Shown piece by piece: positions 52,845 through 64,000 of a stretch of DNA of 64,000 nucleotides; the first letter of the stretch is position 1, and every line of letters begins with the position of its first letter. The notes beneath the pieces are model-generated. The model was not told where the DNA came from, searched no databases, and saw only the letters and a list, made by a program, of their open reading frames with translations. The stretch spans positions 20,152,001 to 20,216,000 of the forward strand of contig CM059432.1 of assembly GCA_030390025.1 (NCBI GenBank), written 5' to 3'. The position numbers and the translations under genes were made by a program. This stretch comes from Squalus acanthias. Taxonomy: Eukaryota.

Positions 52845-53192
52845 GCTTGATTGGGTGGATGCTGGGAGAATGTTTCCCTTGGCTGGGGAGTCTAGAACCA
52901 GGGGCCACAGCCTCAGGATAAAGGGTAGGCCATTCAGGACTGAGATGAGAAGAAATTTCTTCACAGAGGGTGGTGAATCTTTGGAATTCTCTACCCCAGA
53001 GGGCTGTGGAGGCTCAGTCATTGGGTATATTCAAAACAGAAGTCGATAGATTTCTGACTAGAAAGGGCATCAAGGGATATGGCGAGAGGGCCGGTGAATG
53101 GAATTGAGGCAGAAGATCAGCCATCATCTCATTGAATGGCGGAGCAGGCTCGAAGGGCCTACTCCTGCTCCTATTTCTTATGTCCTTATGTT
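52845..53192 (+). mobile_element. CR1 3' fragment
   Basis: FPLAGESRTRGHSL..RRNFFT plus the tail. Short tails also lie at about 23024(-), 32075, 34978, 54490 and 60065. Confidence 0.9.
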
Positions 53193-55796
53193 CTAAAACT
53201 AATAGATGGACGGAGTGATTGCCGTGAAAATAATCTGATTTTAGGATTCAAAAGGACAATGAATCACTGGGATGCCATCAACTAAACTCTCTAACAAACG
53301 TATTTTCTTATAACCAGTCTCACCCTCTCTAATCTCTTTCTACTTCTGCCTAGTAATGAATAGGAACATTAGTAATCTTTTGTTAAAAGAAAGCTCTCTA
53401 TCTTGTTCCAATTTTAACTGTGTGCAGTTGATTTTTGTTTCTGTTTTTGTCCCAGGGATTTTGTTTATGTCTCCCTTCCTCTAAGTGTTCCCTGCCTTGC
53501 CCCTCATAGAACACGATTATCCTCCTGAAATGCTTGCCAATGGCCAGATTCGAGGCTCCTTCTGATGCTGCTCCCTTAACCAGCCGCTACGAGACGTACA
53601 ACAATGATGCCCAGTTTGCTCACACCACAGATTTTACACCTTTCTGATTCAGCCAAGGTCGGCTCCAGCTGCATGGAGATTCATGGGTGCAAAGCTGCGA
53701 TCTGTCTCTCCAAGTTGCAAATGTGTTAGCAGCAGCCCAACAATCAGTACATCTGCCTGGTTGTTTGTCCATGGTGATTTAAGACCACCAACATTTACAA
53801 AGACTTTGCAAGTGTGCTTATTTCTGTGATTAGAGCAAGAAGTTGAAAAATAGAGTGTTTAAATTATGAAAGGTACAATCCATGTCAGGGATACAGTACC
53901 ATTAAATACCATTAAATGTCTGAGGAAGATTATGTAAGCTGGCGCTATTTTGTAGCACAGTAGAAAGCTTCGAGATTTTTCTTCTCTTTCCCCGCCTCTT
54001 TCTGAAGGCACTGACTCTGCCTGTGGTGCATTTCCATAGATTCTGTCAGATCCCAATGTGCTCACCCACATGGCCATCCCTCACGTGTTAGTCTAGACAA
54101 TGAGTACCACCAGTCTAATGAAAAACGGAGGGCATTACATACAGGTCCGACACATGGGCCTGAAAAATCCGACTCGACTAGCGTAACCAGGTTTCATAGG
54201 GACTTCAATCCGCTAGCTCCAGGTGTCCCTGACCCAATGTGAATTCCCAAGATTAGAGATATTTTTTTATAAAGTGGGCAGGCACGCTCCTCAGCAGCAG
54301 CACAGTCGTGCCACCCACATGGTGGGAGGGGAGGAAATTAGCGGTGCAAACCACCGGGGAGGGTTACCAGTCGGTCTTGACAAAGAGGCCTTTTTTTCCC
54401 CCAAAAACCCTGGTAGTTTACCAGAAAGACTGGCATCCCAGATTAGCTAACTCAATACAGAGCAGAAATCAATCCTAGGATCTTCTAACATATCTAGGAA
54501 TGGACATCAAGGAATATGGAGCAAAGGTGGGTAAATGGAGTTGAGGTACAAATCAGCCTTGATCTCACTGAATGGCGGAGCAGGCTCGAGGGGCTGAATG
54601 GCCTACTCCTGTTCCTATCTTCTGATCTGTATGGCTGACTATTTACCCACTATGCCATTGGCAGAGGGGATTGTTTTTATAAATTTACCAAAAAAAGTCA
54701 TAAGTCTCCCATTTTAAAAAGTCAAAACAATGCTAAGTTCCTCTCCGCCCCCAACTTTGTTTGATCTTAAAACTGTCATCCATTCCTGTTTTTTAGTCTT
54801 TGAAAATTAGTCACTGTTCAATGCTCATTTGTGGGTTTCAAAATAAGCTCTGTAAACTTCGGAAGGCAGTGTTGCTGCAATAAATAATGATAGGGGGCAC
54901 TGCAGCTTTAATCCACTTAAAGACAGAAAATACATAAACATTGCTTCCAGGAAAATGCCAGGTGGCCTCTTCATTGCAGATATGCAGAACGGATGGAGGG
55001 ACTGGCGAGAGGTAAACTCAACAGTTGAGCATTGTTTTTTTTAAATGCACTGAACTCGGCACTATTTTGATTATTTTTGAAACTACCTTATCAAAAAAAG
55101 TAACACTTGATAGAGTTCTGGTGAACTAAAAAGCATAAAATGTTGGAGAAACATCATAGGGTTGTCAGTATCAGAAACAGAAATAACAGGTTAACATTTT
55201 GGATGCTGACCCTTTATCAGAATTTCCAACACTGGGGTGGGGAGGGAGGACACTGACAGGATCGGGTGCAACGGTAGTTTTACTCGTCAGTTAAGAGTGT
55301 GTGTGCAGTATTTGGCTCCACACTATAGGCCTGATAGTAAGGAGTTAGAAAGGGTACAATGCAGTATGGGAGGTGCTGCCGAAGAAGCCTTGGCGAGTTG
55401 CTGCAGTGCATCTTGTAGATGGTACACACTGCAGCCACAGTATGCCGGTGGTGGAGGGAGTGAATGTTTAAGATGGTGGATGGGGTGCCAATCAAGCGGG
55501 CTGCTTTGTCCTGGATGGTGTCGAGCTTCTTGAGTGTTGTTTAAAACAGAGGGCAGGAGTAACTCTTTCACATAGAAAGTTGAGGCTGTGGAATTCACTT
55601 CCAGGGTCAGTGAGGCTGAAACTATGTCAACATTCAAGATTAGATTGAATAGGCAGATGAAGGAGAAGGAGTTGATGGGATATGGGAACAGGGTGGATAA
55701 ATGCAATTAAAACTATTTATTCACGTGGAGGGTAAATGCCGACACAGACTGGTTGGGCCAACAAGGCCTGTATCCATGTTGAAACTTCTATGTATC

Positions 55797-56410
55797 ACAA
55801 CAACAACTTGCATTTATATAGCGCCTTTAATGTAGTAAAACGCCCCAAGGCGCTTCAAAGCAGCGTTATCAAACAAAATTTGACACCGATCCACACAAGG
55901 AGATATTAGAACAGATGACCAAAAGCTTGGTCAAAGAGGTAAGTTTTAAGGAGCGTCTTAAAGGAGTAGAGAGAGGTAGAGGTGTTTATGGAGGGAATTC
56001 CAGAGCTTAGGCCCTAGGCAACTGAAGGCATGGTCGCCAATGGCGGAGCGATTAAAGTCAAGATGCGCAAGAAGCCAGAATTGGAGGAGCACAGAGGGCT
56101 TGGAGGGTTGTAGGGCTGGGGGACATTACAGAGGTCGGGAGGGGCAATGGATGAGAATTTTAAAACTGAGGCGTTGGCAGACTGGGAGCTAATGTAGGTC
56201 AGCGAGCACAAGGGTGATGGGTGAACGGGACTTGGTGCGAGTTAGGATACGGGCAGCAGAGTTTCGGATTAGCTCAAGCTTATGTACAGTGGATGATGGG
56301 AGGCCGACCGGGAGTGCGTTGGAATAGTCAAGTCTAGAAGCAACAAAGGCACGGATGAGGATTTGAGCAGCAGATGAGCTGAGGCAAGGGGTGGAGTCGG
56401 GCGCTGATAC
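55797..56410 (-). mobile_element. L2-type LINE 3' fragment
   Basis: AFVASRLDYSNAL..NSAARILT..SPITLVLADLH is a typical L2 ORF2 end; (caa)n tail. Confidence 0.9.
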
Positions 56411-57424
56411 GGGCATTACAAATGGATGGGTAATTAACGGAACATTTCCCTAAAAAAAAGATCGAGAGGTAGGGCAGAATATCCCAGCTCCTTGCGTTGT
56501 ATCTCAACCTTTCTCAGGTTTAGTTATAAATAACACAAGTACATTAATGGAAAGCTATCTTGAACTCTTTTCTAAGTACTTCCTTGACAGAAATTAGTCT
56601 GGGAAGACTTCACGCTGACATTCAGAAACCGCATTGTGGATTTGATCTGAAGCGCTGAGACTCTAAATTGCAGTGTGATTAGTGCAGATTCGGAGTGGCT
56701 AATTGCACTACGGGGAGCGCACCAAAGAGTGGATTAGCATAAACAACGTGTAGCAACCAGTTCTTGCAATGCTTAAGATTATGGACCATGAGTTGCAGGT
56801 TAATTTACTAGCTAAGCTCCTAAACCTGCGTAAAAAATTCCTACAAACTACCAGCTGGATCGTTAAATGTCGGTGGTCTGAGGTACACAACAATTTGACT
56901 CCGCTTCTCACTAATCCACTGGCTATCATTCGATCCGAGTATCAAGTTCCACTGCAATGGCGGTGGTAAAAATTTAGTCTTGCGCCTGCCGAATACATTT
57001 GTCAATTACTGCTGCTGGTTTAGTGATATCATTTCGACTAATAGTTCCATTTGTCAATCCCACTAAACTGCACAGGAACTAAAATATCATAATCCTTCAC
57101 ATAGATGGCTGCAGCAATAGATTGATGGTATTACACGGGCAGATGAACAGATGTTGGTGGATAAACAATTTCCACCCATCTAACATCCTGCAATATTTGT
57201 GTTTGTGGCAACACATGGGTAAAGCTACATTATTTGGGTTCATTTAAAGGATCATTTTGTGCAGTTATAATTTCCATATATATTCTGAGCTATAAACATT
57301 TTTATTTCCAATAGGAACTAATATTTATAACGTGCTAAGGGAACGGTACAAAACAGTGAAAATATTAATGGTTGTAACTGAAAAATAATAGAATTCTCAC
57401 TTGTGGATTATTGTATGAATAGGT

Positions 57425-58325
57425 TATATAGAAAATAATGGATACCGAAGAGGAACTCGGAGACTGTAAGCTAATTGAGAGGTTCAGTGATTAACATAGA
57501 GAACAATAATGAATGTCTGAGAATGGTTACGAGGCAGTAATTAATCTAGAGACTCTGTTTCTATGGAGGTTAACAGACACCACAGAGTGATTATAAGAAC
57601 ATAACAAATAGGAGCAGGAGTCGGCCATTCTGCCCCTCGAGCCTGCCCCGCCATTCAATAAGATCATGGCTGATCTGATCTTGGCCTCAACGCCACTTTT
57701 CCGCCCGCTCCCCATAACCCTTGACTCCCCTGTAGCTCAAATATATTGTCTCAGGAATTAACTCTGTCTTTGTAATTGCCTTTATTTAAGTTTAGGACAC
57801 CAGTTTCAGACCCAAGTTTCTCACCCTCAAACTGAATTTGAAATTATATCATGCTATGATCACTCTTCCCGAGAGGATCCTTTACTATGAGATCATTAAT
57901 TAATCCTGTCTCATTACACATTACCAGATCTAAAATAGCCTTTTCCCTGGTTGGTTCCACAACGTATTGTTCTAAGAAACCATCCCGAATACATTCTATG
58001 AAGCAAAAATCTCATTGAAAAGTTCAGATGCTTCATATAGAGCATAACAGCTATCCGGAAGTGATTACAGGGCAGTGATCCAATTGACAGGTTCAAATAG
58101 AGAAAACTGGTTACCTGGAAGTGATTACACAGCAGTAATCTAATCAAGAGGTTCAAACAGGTCACACAGAGAAAGGGTTCCTGGAATTAGTAACAAGGCA
58201 GCGATCAAATTGAACGGTTCAATAGAGAATGATGGATACCTGGCAGTAATCACAAAGCAGTAATCTAATTAAGGGGTTCAGATGATTTACATGCAGAGTA
58301 AAATATATCTGGCAGTGATTCTGAA
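57425..58325. repeat. Degenerate 59-71-bp tandem array, split by a CR1 insertion (about 57592-58003, minus)
   Basis: About 7 units of atagagaa..tggatacctggaagtgattaca..gcagtaatctaattga..ggttca. Confidence 0.75.
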
Positions 58326-58659
58326 CCAGCTGAAGCTGACCTGAAGAAGAGAGTACAGCTACAAAATCACTTTGAACTCTTCTTTATCTTTTCACAATAG
58401 GGTTCGCTGGGGTGGGGAAGTTCCGTTTGGAGATCTCTTTTCTTTCTGTCTGCAACAAGCTGACAGAGACACGGAGCTGGTGTGCTCTGTGTTGCTAATC
58501 ATGATGAAAGGGCTCACAGTTGTGATTCTACTCAGTAACTTTATCAGGTGATACTCAGTAGTCAATTACTAGTACATAATATTGTCAATAGGAAAAAAAA
58601 TACATGAATGTCCTCTCATTGAATATAAATCTCAATTCTTATTGCCAAAATATGGACAG

Positions 58660-59290
58660 AGGTCATTCTTCCCATCATGGCTGTGCCACGGCTTGTTCTA
58701 TGTTGGAGCTATCTACTCCAATCATGTTTCCTGCTCTTCCCCCAAAGCCTATGATATTTTTCCTCTTCAAGGGTTTATCTAATTCCTTTTCAATGCTGTG
58801 ATTTCCACAAGTGGCCATTAAAGCACAGTGAATGTATTCCTTATTCTAATAATGCTTTGTGTGAAAATACTTCTTCTAACCTCCCCCCTTATTCTTTCAG
58901 TAATAATTCCAAGTTTGTGCCCCCTTGTTACCAAAACACTGACTAGTAGAAATAACATTTTACTACTTACCCTCTAAAACCTTCCAAAACTTTGAACATT
59001 TCTATTGGAAAAACCCTTTAACCTCTTCTAGTGAATACAGTCCTAGTTGTTCAAGTCTATTATAACTATATCCTCTCACCCTTAATATCAACCTAATGCA
59101 TCCATGGCTCCGATATCTCTAACGAGGTTCCCAAAATGGCACACAGTACGCTAACTATGGGTTAACAAATGTCTTGCACAGATTCATCATTGTCTCCTTG
59201 TTTTGTATTCAGTATATAAAAAAACCCAAATCCTATTTTCCATTTTTAGGACTTTTATCACCGACAGTCCTGCTTTTAAAGATCTGTGTA
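58660..59290 (-). mobile_element. Ancient CR1 3' fragment
   Basis: Diverged reverse complement of the CR1 ORF2 end ('tgccccttgt', 'cacacagtac..taactatgg'). Confidence 0.6.
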
Positions 59291-60294
59291 TTGTTACACA
59301 AAAACAAGAGGCTTTGTTATGGAAAATGCAGAATGTTATATAACAATGGATATGATAGTCGTAAAGTCTGACAGATACAAGGTTCTATTGCATTCAGGGG
59401 TTAGGGAGCAATATCAATGTTCTCTCTCTTTGGAAATTCTACTTGTGCTTATTCACTTCACGCAACATACAAGACACATTGGGAAGAGTTTTGATGGTGC
59501 AAGTTTTACATGGACCATTACAAGGAATTATGAATTGAAAGACCTTTTTCATTATGCGTCTTATATTTTATGACAAAAATTTAAATCTGGAGGCTCGAAC
59601 AATCTTAATAACATCACAAACTAAGGCTTCACTCTTAGTTTATGATGTTATTAAGAACCCTCAATTCAATTACCTTGGATCTCACTGTTCTCATCTATTT
59701 ATTATTTTTTAGGGCTTCGTATTAGGCTCTTGCACAGAGGACAACATGGTATCACAGTGAGGCTCTCAATCCTGTGCTGCTAGCTCATGATCGTGTCGGC
59801 CTGGTGATGGTAATGAGCCTATGATGGTAAGAAGATGTAGATATAAATGAATGTAACCTTCAAAAACTGGTACCAAAGCATTATTAAAACTTACTAAGTC
59901 CAATTTGGAATTACAATGTATTGAAATTGCTTTTGCACCAGTATAAATGGTGGCAGAGTATGAGGCAAACACCTTACCTCCTGCCATTTGATCCCGCTGT
60001 CAGGTTACAGTACAGTCACGTACAGCATGTACATAGGAACATTGCTGGGTGAAAATAGACCAAGGTTTTTGGACTCTAGGGGAATCAAGGGATATGGAGA
60101 TCAGGCGGGAAAATGGAGTTGAGGTCGTTGATCAGCCATGATCTTATTGAATGGTGGAGCAGGCTCGTGGGACCGTATGGCCTACTCCTGTTCTTACTTC
60201 TTATGTTCCATCTAGTTCACCAGCTACCATCCTGGTTATTGCATGATACAATGATAATAGATTTGTTAACTAAGCATAGCAATCAATCTCAATC

Positions 60295-62105
60295 AATTAA
60301 CATAAAAGGAAATTCAAAAGTCTTCTATAGGCATATAAATAATAAACAGGGTGTTGGAGGAGGGGTGGGGCTGATTAGGGACCAAAAAAGGAGACCTACA
60401 CATGGAGGCAGAGGGCATGGCTGAGGTACTAAATGAGTACTTTGCATCTGTCTTCACCAAGGAAAAACATGCTGCCAAAGTCATAGTGAAAGAGGAGATA
60501 GTGGAGATACTGGATAAGATAAAAATTGATAAAGAGGAGGTACTAGAAAGGTTGTCTGTACTTAAAGCAGGACCGGATGGGATGCATCCTAGGATGCTGA
60601 GGGAGGTTAAGGAGGAAATCGCAGAGGTACTGGCCATAATCTTCCAATCCTCCTTAGATATTGGGGTGGTGCCAAAGGACTGGAGAATTGCAAATGTTAC
60701 ACCCTTGTTCAAAAAAAGGTGCAAGGATAAACCCGGCAACTACAGGACAGTCAGTTTAACCTCGGTAGTGGGGAAGCTTTTAGAAACGATAATCAGGGAC
60801 AAAGTTAACAGTCACTTGGACAAGTGTGGATTAATTAGGGATAAACAGCACGGATTTGTAAAGGGCAAATCATGTTTAACTAACTTGATCGAGTTTTTTG
60901 ATGAGGTAACAGAGAGAGTTGATGAGGGCAGTGCGGTTGACATGGTGTACATGGACTTCCAAAAGGCGCTTGATATATGCCACATAATAGCCTTGCCAGC
61001 AAGGTTGAAGCCCATGAAATAAATGGACAGTGGCAGCATGGATACGAAATTGGCTAAGTGACAGGAAACAGAGAGTAGTGGGGAACGGTTGTTTTTCGGA
61101 CTGGAGGAAGGTATACAGTGGGGTTCCCCACGGTACTAGGACCACTGCTTTTCTTGACATATATTAATGACTTGGACTTGGGCACAATTTCAAAATTTGC
61201 AGATGACACAAAACTTGGAAGTAGAGTCAACAGTGAGGAGGATAGTGATAGACTTCAAGAAGACACAGACAGGCTGGTGAAATGGGCAGACACATGGCAG
61301 ATGAAATTTAACGCAGAAAAGTGCAAAGTGATACATTTTGGGAGGAAGAATGAGGAGAGGCAATATAAACTAAAGGGTACAATCCTAAAGTGGGTGCATG
61401 AACAGAGACACCTGGGGGTATATGTGCACAAATCGTTGAAGGTGGCAGGGCAGGTTGAGAAAGCGGTTAAAAAAGCTACGGGATACTGGGCTTCATAAAT
61501 AGAGGCATAGAGTACAAAAGCAAGGAAGTTATGATGAGCCTTTATAAAACACTGGTTCAGCCTCAACTGGAGTATTGTGTCCAATTCTGGGCACTGCACT
61601 TTAGGAAGATTTACGAGAATGATTCCAGCGATGAGGGATTTTGGTTACGTGGATAGACTAGAGGAGCTGGGGTTGTTCTCCTTGGAGCAGAGAAGGTTGG
61701 AGGAGATTTGATAGAGGTGATTTGATAGAGGTATTGAAAATCATGAGGGGTCTAGACAGAGTAGATAGAGAAAAACTGTTCCCATTGGAGGGAGGGTCGA
61801 GAACCAGAGGACACAGATTCAAGGTGATTGGCAAAAGAACCAAAGGCGACATAAGGAAAAACTTTTTTACGCATCAAGTAGTTAGGATCTGGAATGCACT
61901 TCCTGGAAGAGTGGTGGAGGAAGATTCAATCGTGGCTTTCAAAAGGGAATTGGATAAGTACCTGAAGGAAAAAAAATTGCAGGGCTACGGGGAAAGGGCG
62001 GGGGAGTGGGACTAGCTGAAGTGCTCTTGCAGAGAGCTGGCACGGGCTCGACGGGCTGAATGGCCGCCCTTCTGTGCAGTAACCATTCTATGATTCTATT
62101 CTATG
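60295..62105 (+). mobile_element. CR1 fragment (tether, RT and 3' end), frameshifted
   Basis: GPDGMHPRML, WRIANVTPLFKK, QHGFVKGKSCLTNL, KFADDTKL; (attctat)n tail. Close relative of 43765-45210. Confidence 0.95.
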
Positions 62106-62899
62106 AATTAGTCTGCAACAGACCCAGAAAGAGGCAACAAAAACCTCAATGGTGCAAAGATTTGGCAAACATTGGTCCAAAGTCACCTGTTCCTCCCAAG
62201 CATGCTACACTTACCACATATCATATTTCAAAATACTCATATACTGTATCCCAAAATGTTATTTTCTGAAATATGTACGAAAAATATTATTCAAACTTGG
62301 AATATTCAGTTGATATGCTTTAAAGGGTATCAAACCAATCTTTGTCTTTTTTCCTAACAAACATACATAGCAACTGTACTGGATTTCTAGCGCACCAATC
62401 TAAAGTTTATAATATATCCAATTTCGCTCACTTCTGTACCAGCTTACAACGAGCTAATCACCGCCGAACAACAACACAAACCTAAAAGCAATGAGTAACC
62501 TTTTTTTTGTCAGAATCCTCACAGAGGAAGTCAGACACAGAGATGCATTAACTAATACTATGTTTACTGTGAACTAATACTGCGTTATTCACAGCATCGA
62601 AATTAACTCATTTAATAGTACTGCAAAGCTAATCATTGAGAATTACAATAGGCACTACGTGCTTGACGCCTAATGCCCTCTGAAGTGGCCGAGGAAGCCA
62701 CACAGTTGTACTTCAGGGCAATAAATGCAGACGTGCCAGTGGCACTTACACCCCGAGAGCAAAGGTAACAGTTTAAATCATTTAAGGCACAAATCTAATT
62801 TAAATGTATCACAGTAGCCAAGTTCTCTCAGCTACAGTACAGCAGAGTTATGTTCATATATTTGAGATTATAGTACAGCGTAGCAAGATTAAATTTACA

Positions 62900-63005
62900 T
62901 TAACTCTGTTTCTCCCTCCACAGATGCTGCCTGGCCTGCTGAGTGTTTCCAGCATTTTCTGTTTCTATTTCAGATTTCCAGCATCCGAGGTGTTTTGCTT
63001 TTGTT
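62900..63005 (+). mobile_element. Penelope-like 3' pLTR fragment
   Basis: Flanked by the 15-bp duplication aagattaaatttaca. It begins at 'ttaactctgtttctc'. Confidence 0.9.
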
Positions 63006-63815
63006 AAGATTAAATTTACAGTTCATATTCAATGCGTCACGAACACGTTAACAGATTCAAATAAACAGACTGCCACTTTCTCGGTTGAGAACAAGCCTAT
63101 GACCCTCATCTTTCTGGTAGATTGGTTTCGTGGCACTGGCTGTTGGACATCCTCTGGGATGGTCATTTTACTTCTTCGGTCGCCTGCGGTGAATGGACAT
63201 CTGTGGTAATCATCACCTTTCTTCAGTCATCGCCTTCTCATCCTGGCTTAATGAACCTTGCGTGTGCATGCTTCTCTGACTTTTTTTTTACTGACAATTT
63301 ACTCTCGCACCATGCTCAAAGACTCGAGCCAGTAAATACATTTGCGATTCACTTCAGAAGTTTATTTCTGTCAGATTAAACTAAACGTTTCTTCATTTTA
63401 AAACTTTCATTCTTAACAGTTTCTTTCTGGCTTCTGCAGTGCTGTTTCAAAGTTACTTTACAACTTCTGCTTAACTTCCTGTCCTTTGAGACCTTAACAC
63501 TTTCTTTGAATGTCCTTCAATACTCTCTCTCTTCCTGTTCGACCTTTCTGTCCTTGCCCTTCTTTCTGTCTTTGAGGTGCGGAGAAGCTCGAGTTTATAC
63601 CTGAAATTCGACCGAGACAAGCCCACTTACAGGAGCAACATCTTTGTGACAAAATCAAAAGGATTAACTGTCACGTGGAATGTTTCCAAGGTGTCAATCA
63701 ACTTGCAGGCATGTGCCAAAAGTTATGATAGTTAAATTTCAAGTACCTTGATGAAGACCAGGGCCGTATAGTACCAGAAAAGACCATTGCTGTCCATTTG
63801 ACCAGCCCGAGTGTC

Positions 63816-64000
63816 TTTTTTTTTAATTCGTTTATGGGATCTGGGCGTCACTGGCAAGGCCAGCATTTATTACCCATCCCTAATTGCCCTCGAGAAGGTG
63901 GTGGTGAGCCGCCTTCTTGAACCGCTGCAGTCCATGTGGTGAAGGTACTCCCAACAGTGCTGTTAGGTAGGGAGTTCCAGGATTTTGACCCAGTGACGAT
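63816..64000 (-). mobile_element. LINE-B 3' end (continues beyond the window)
   Basis: T-run, then 'gggatctgggcgtcactggcaaggccagcatttatt..', matching 7125-7290. Confidence 0.9.

Noticed and set aside
57425..58325. CRISPR-like repeat/spacer array
   Set aside because: The repeats are degenerate, the linkers are related to each other, there are no cas genes, and the context is vertebrate.
63440..63600. Minus-strand terminal coding exon (YKLELLRTSKTERR..*)
   Set aside because: Weak acceptor, purine-rich low complexity, no recognisable protein and no partner exons.

Overview
A 64-kb repeat-dominated, intergenic or deep-intronic window from a cartilaginous fish, probably a shark. That assignment rests on HE1-like V-SINE, HER1-like CR1 LINEs, DeuSINE and Penelope content. 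I found no intact host protein-coding gene, rRNA, true tRNA or CRISPR. Nearly all ORFs in the track are decayed transposon fragments or chance ORFs. Content: (i) many CR1 LINE fragments; (ii) a second CR1-group LINE ('LINE-B') whose endonuclease starts right behind a SINE-body block, plus a tRNA-headed SINE that is that LINE minus its ORF; (iii) L2 and RTE tails; (iv) Penelope fragments with minimal hammerhead-ribozyme motifs, where several fragment ends fall near the predicted cleavage site; (v) PIF/Harbinger-type MITEs and a fossil HARBI1-like transposase; (vi) hAT and pogo/Tigger-type MITEs with clear TSDs; (vii) a fossil DIRS tyrosine recombinase inside an A..B-A'-B' repeat arrangement; (viii) ancient SINE relics (Deu-domain, AmnSINE2-like, LF-SINE-like); (ix) a few hairpins and tandem arrays. 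Family names come from recalled consensus motifs, not database searches. Coordinates of old copies are approximate.
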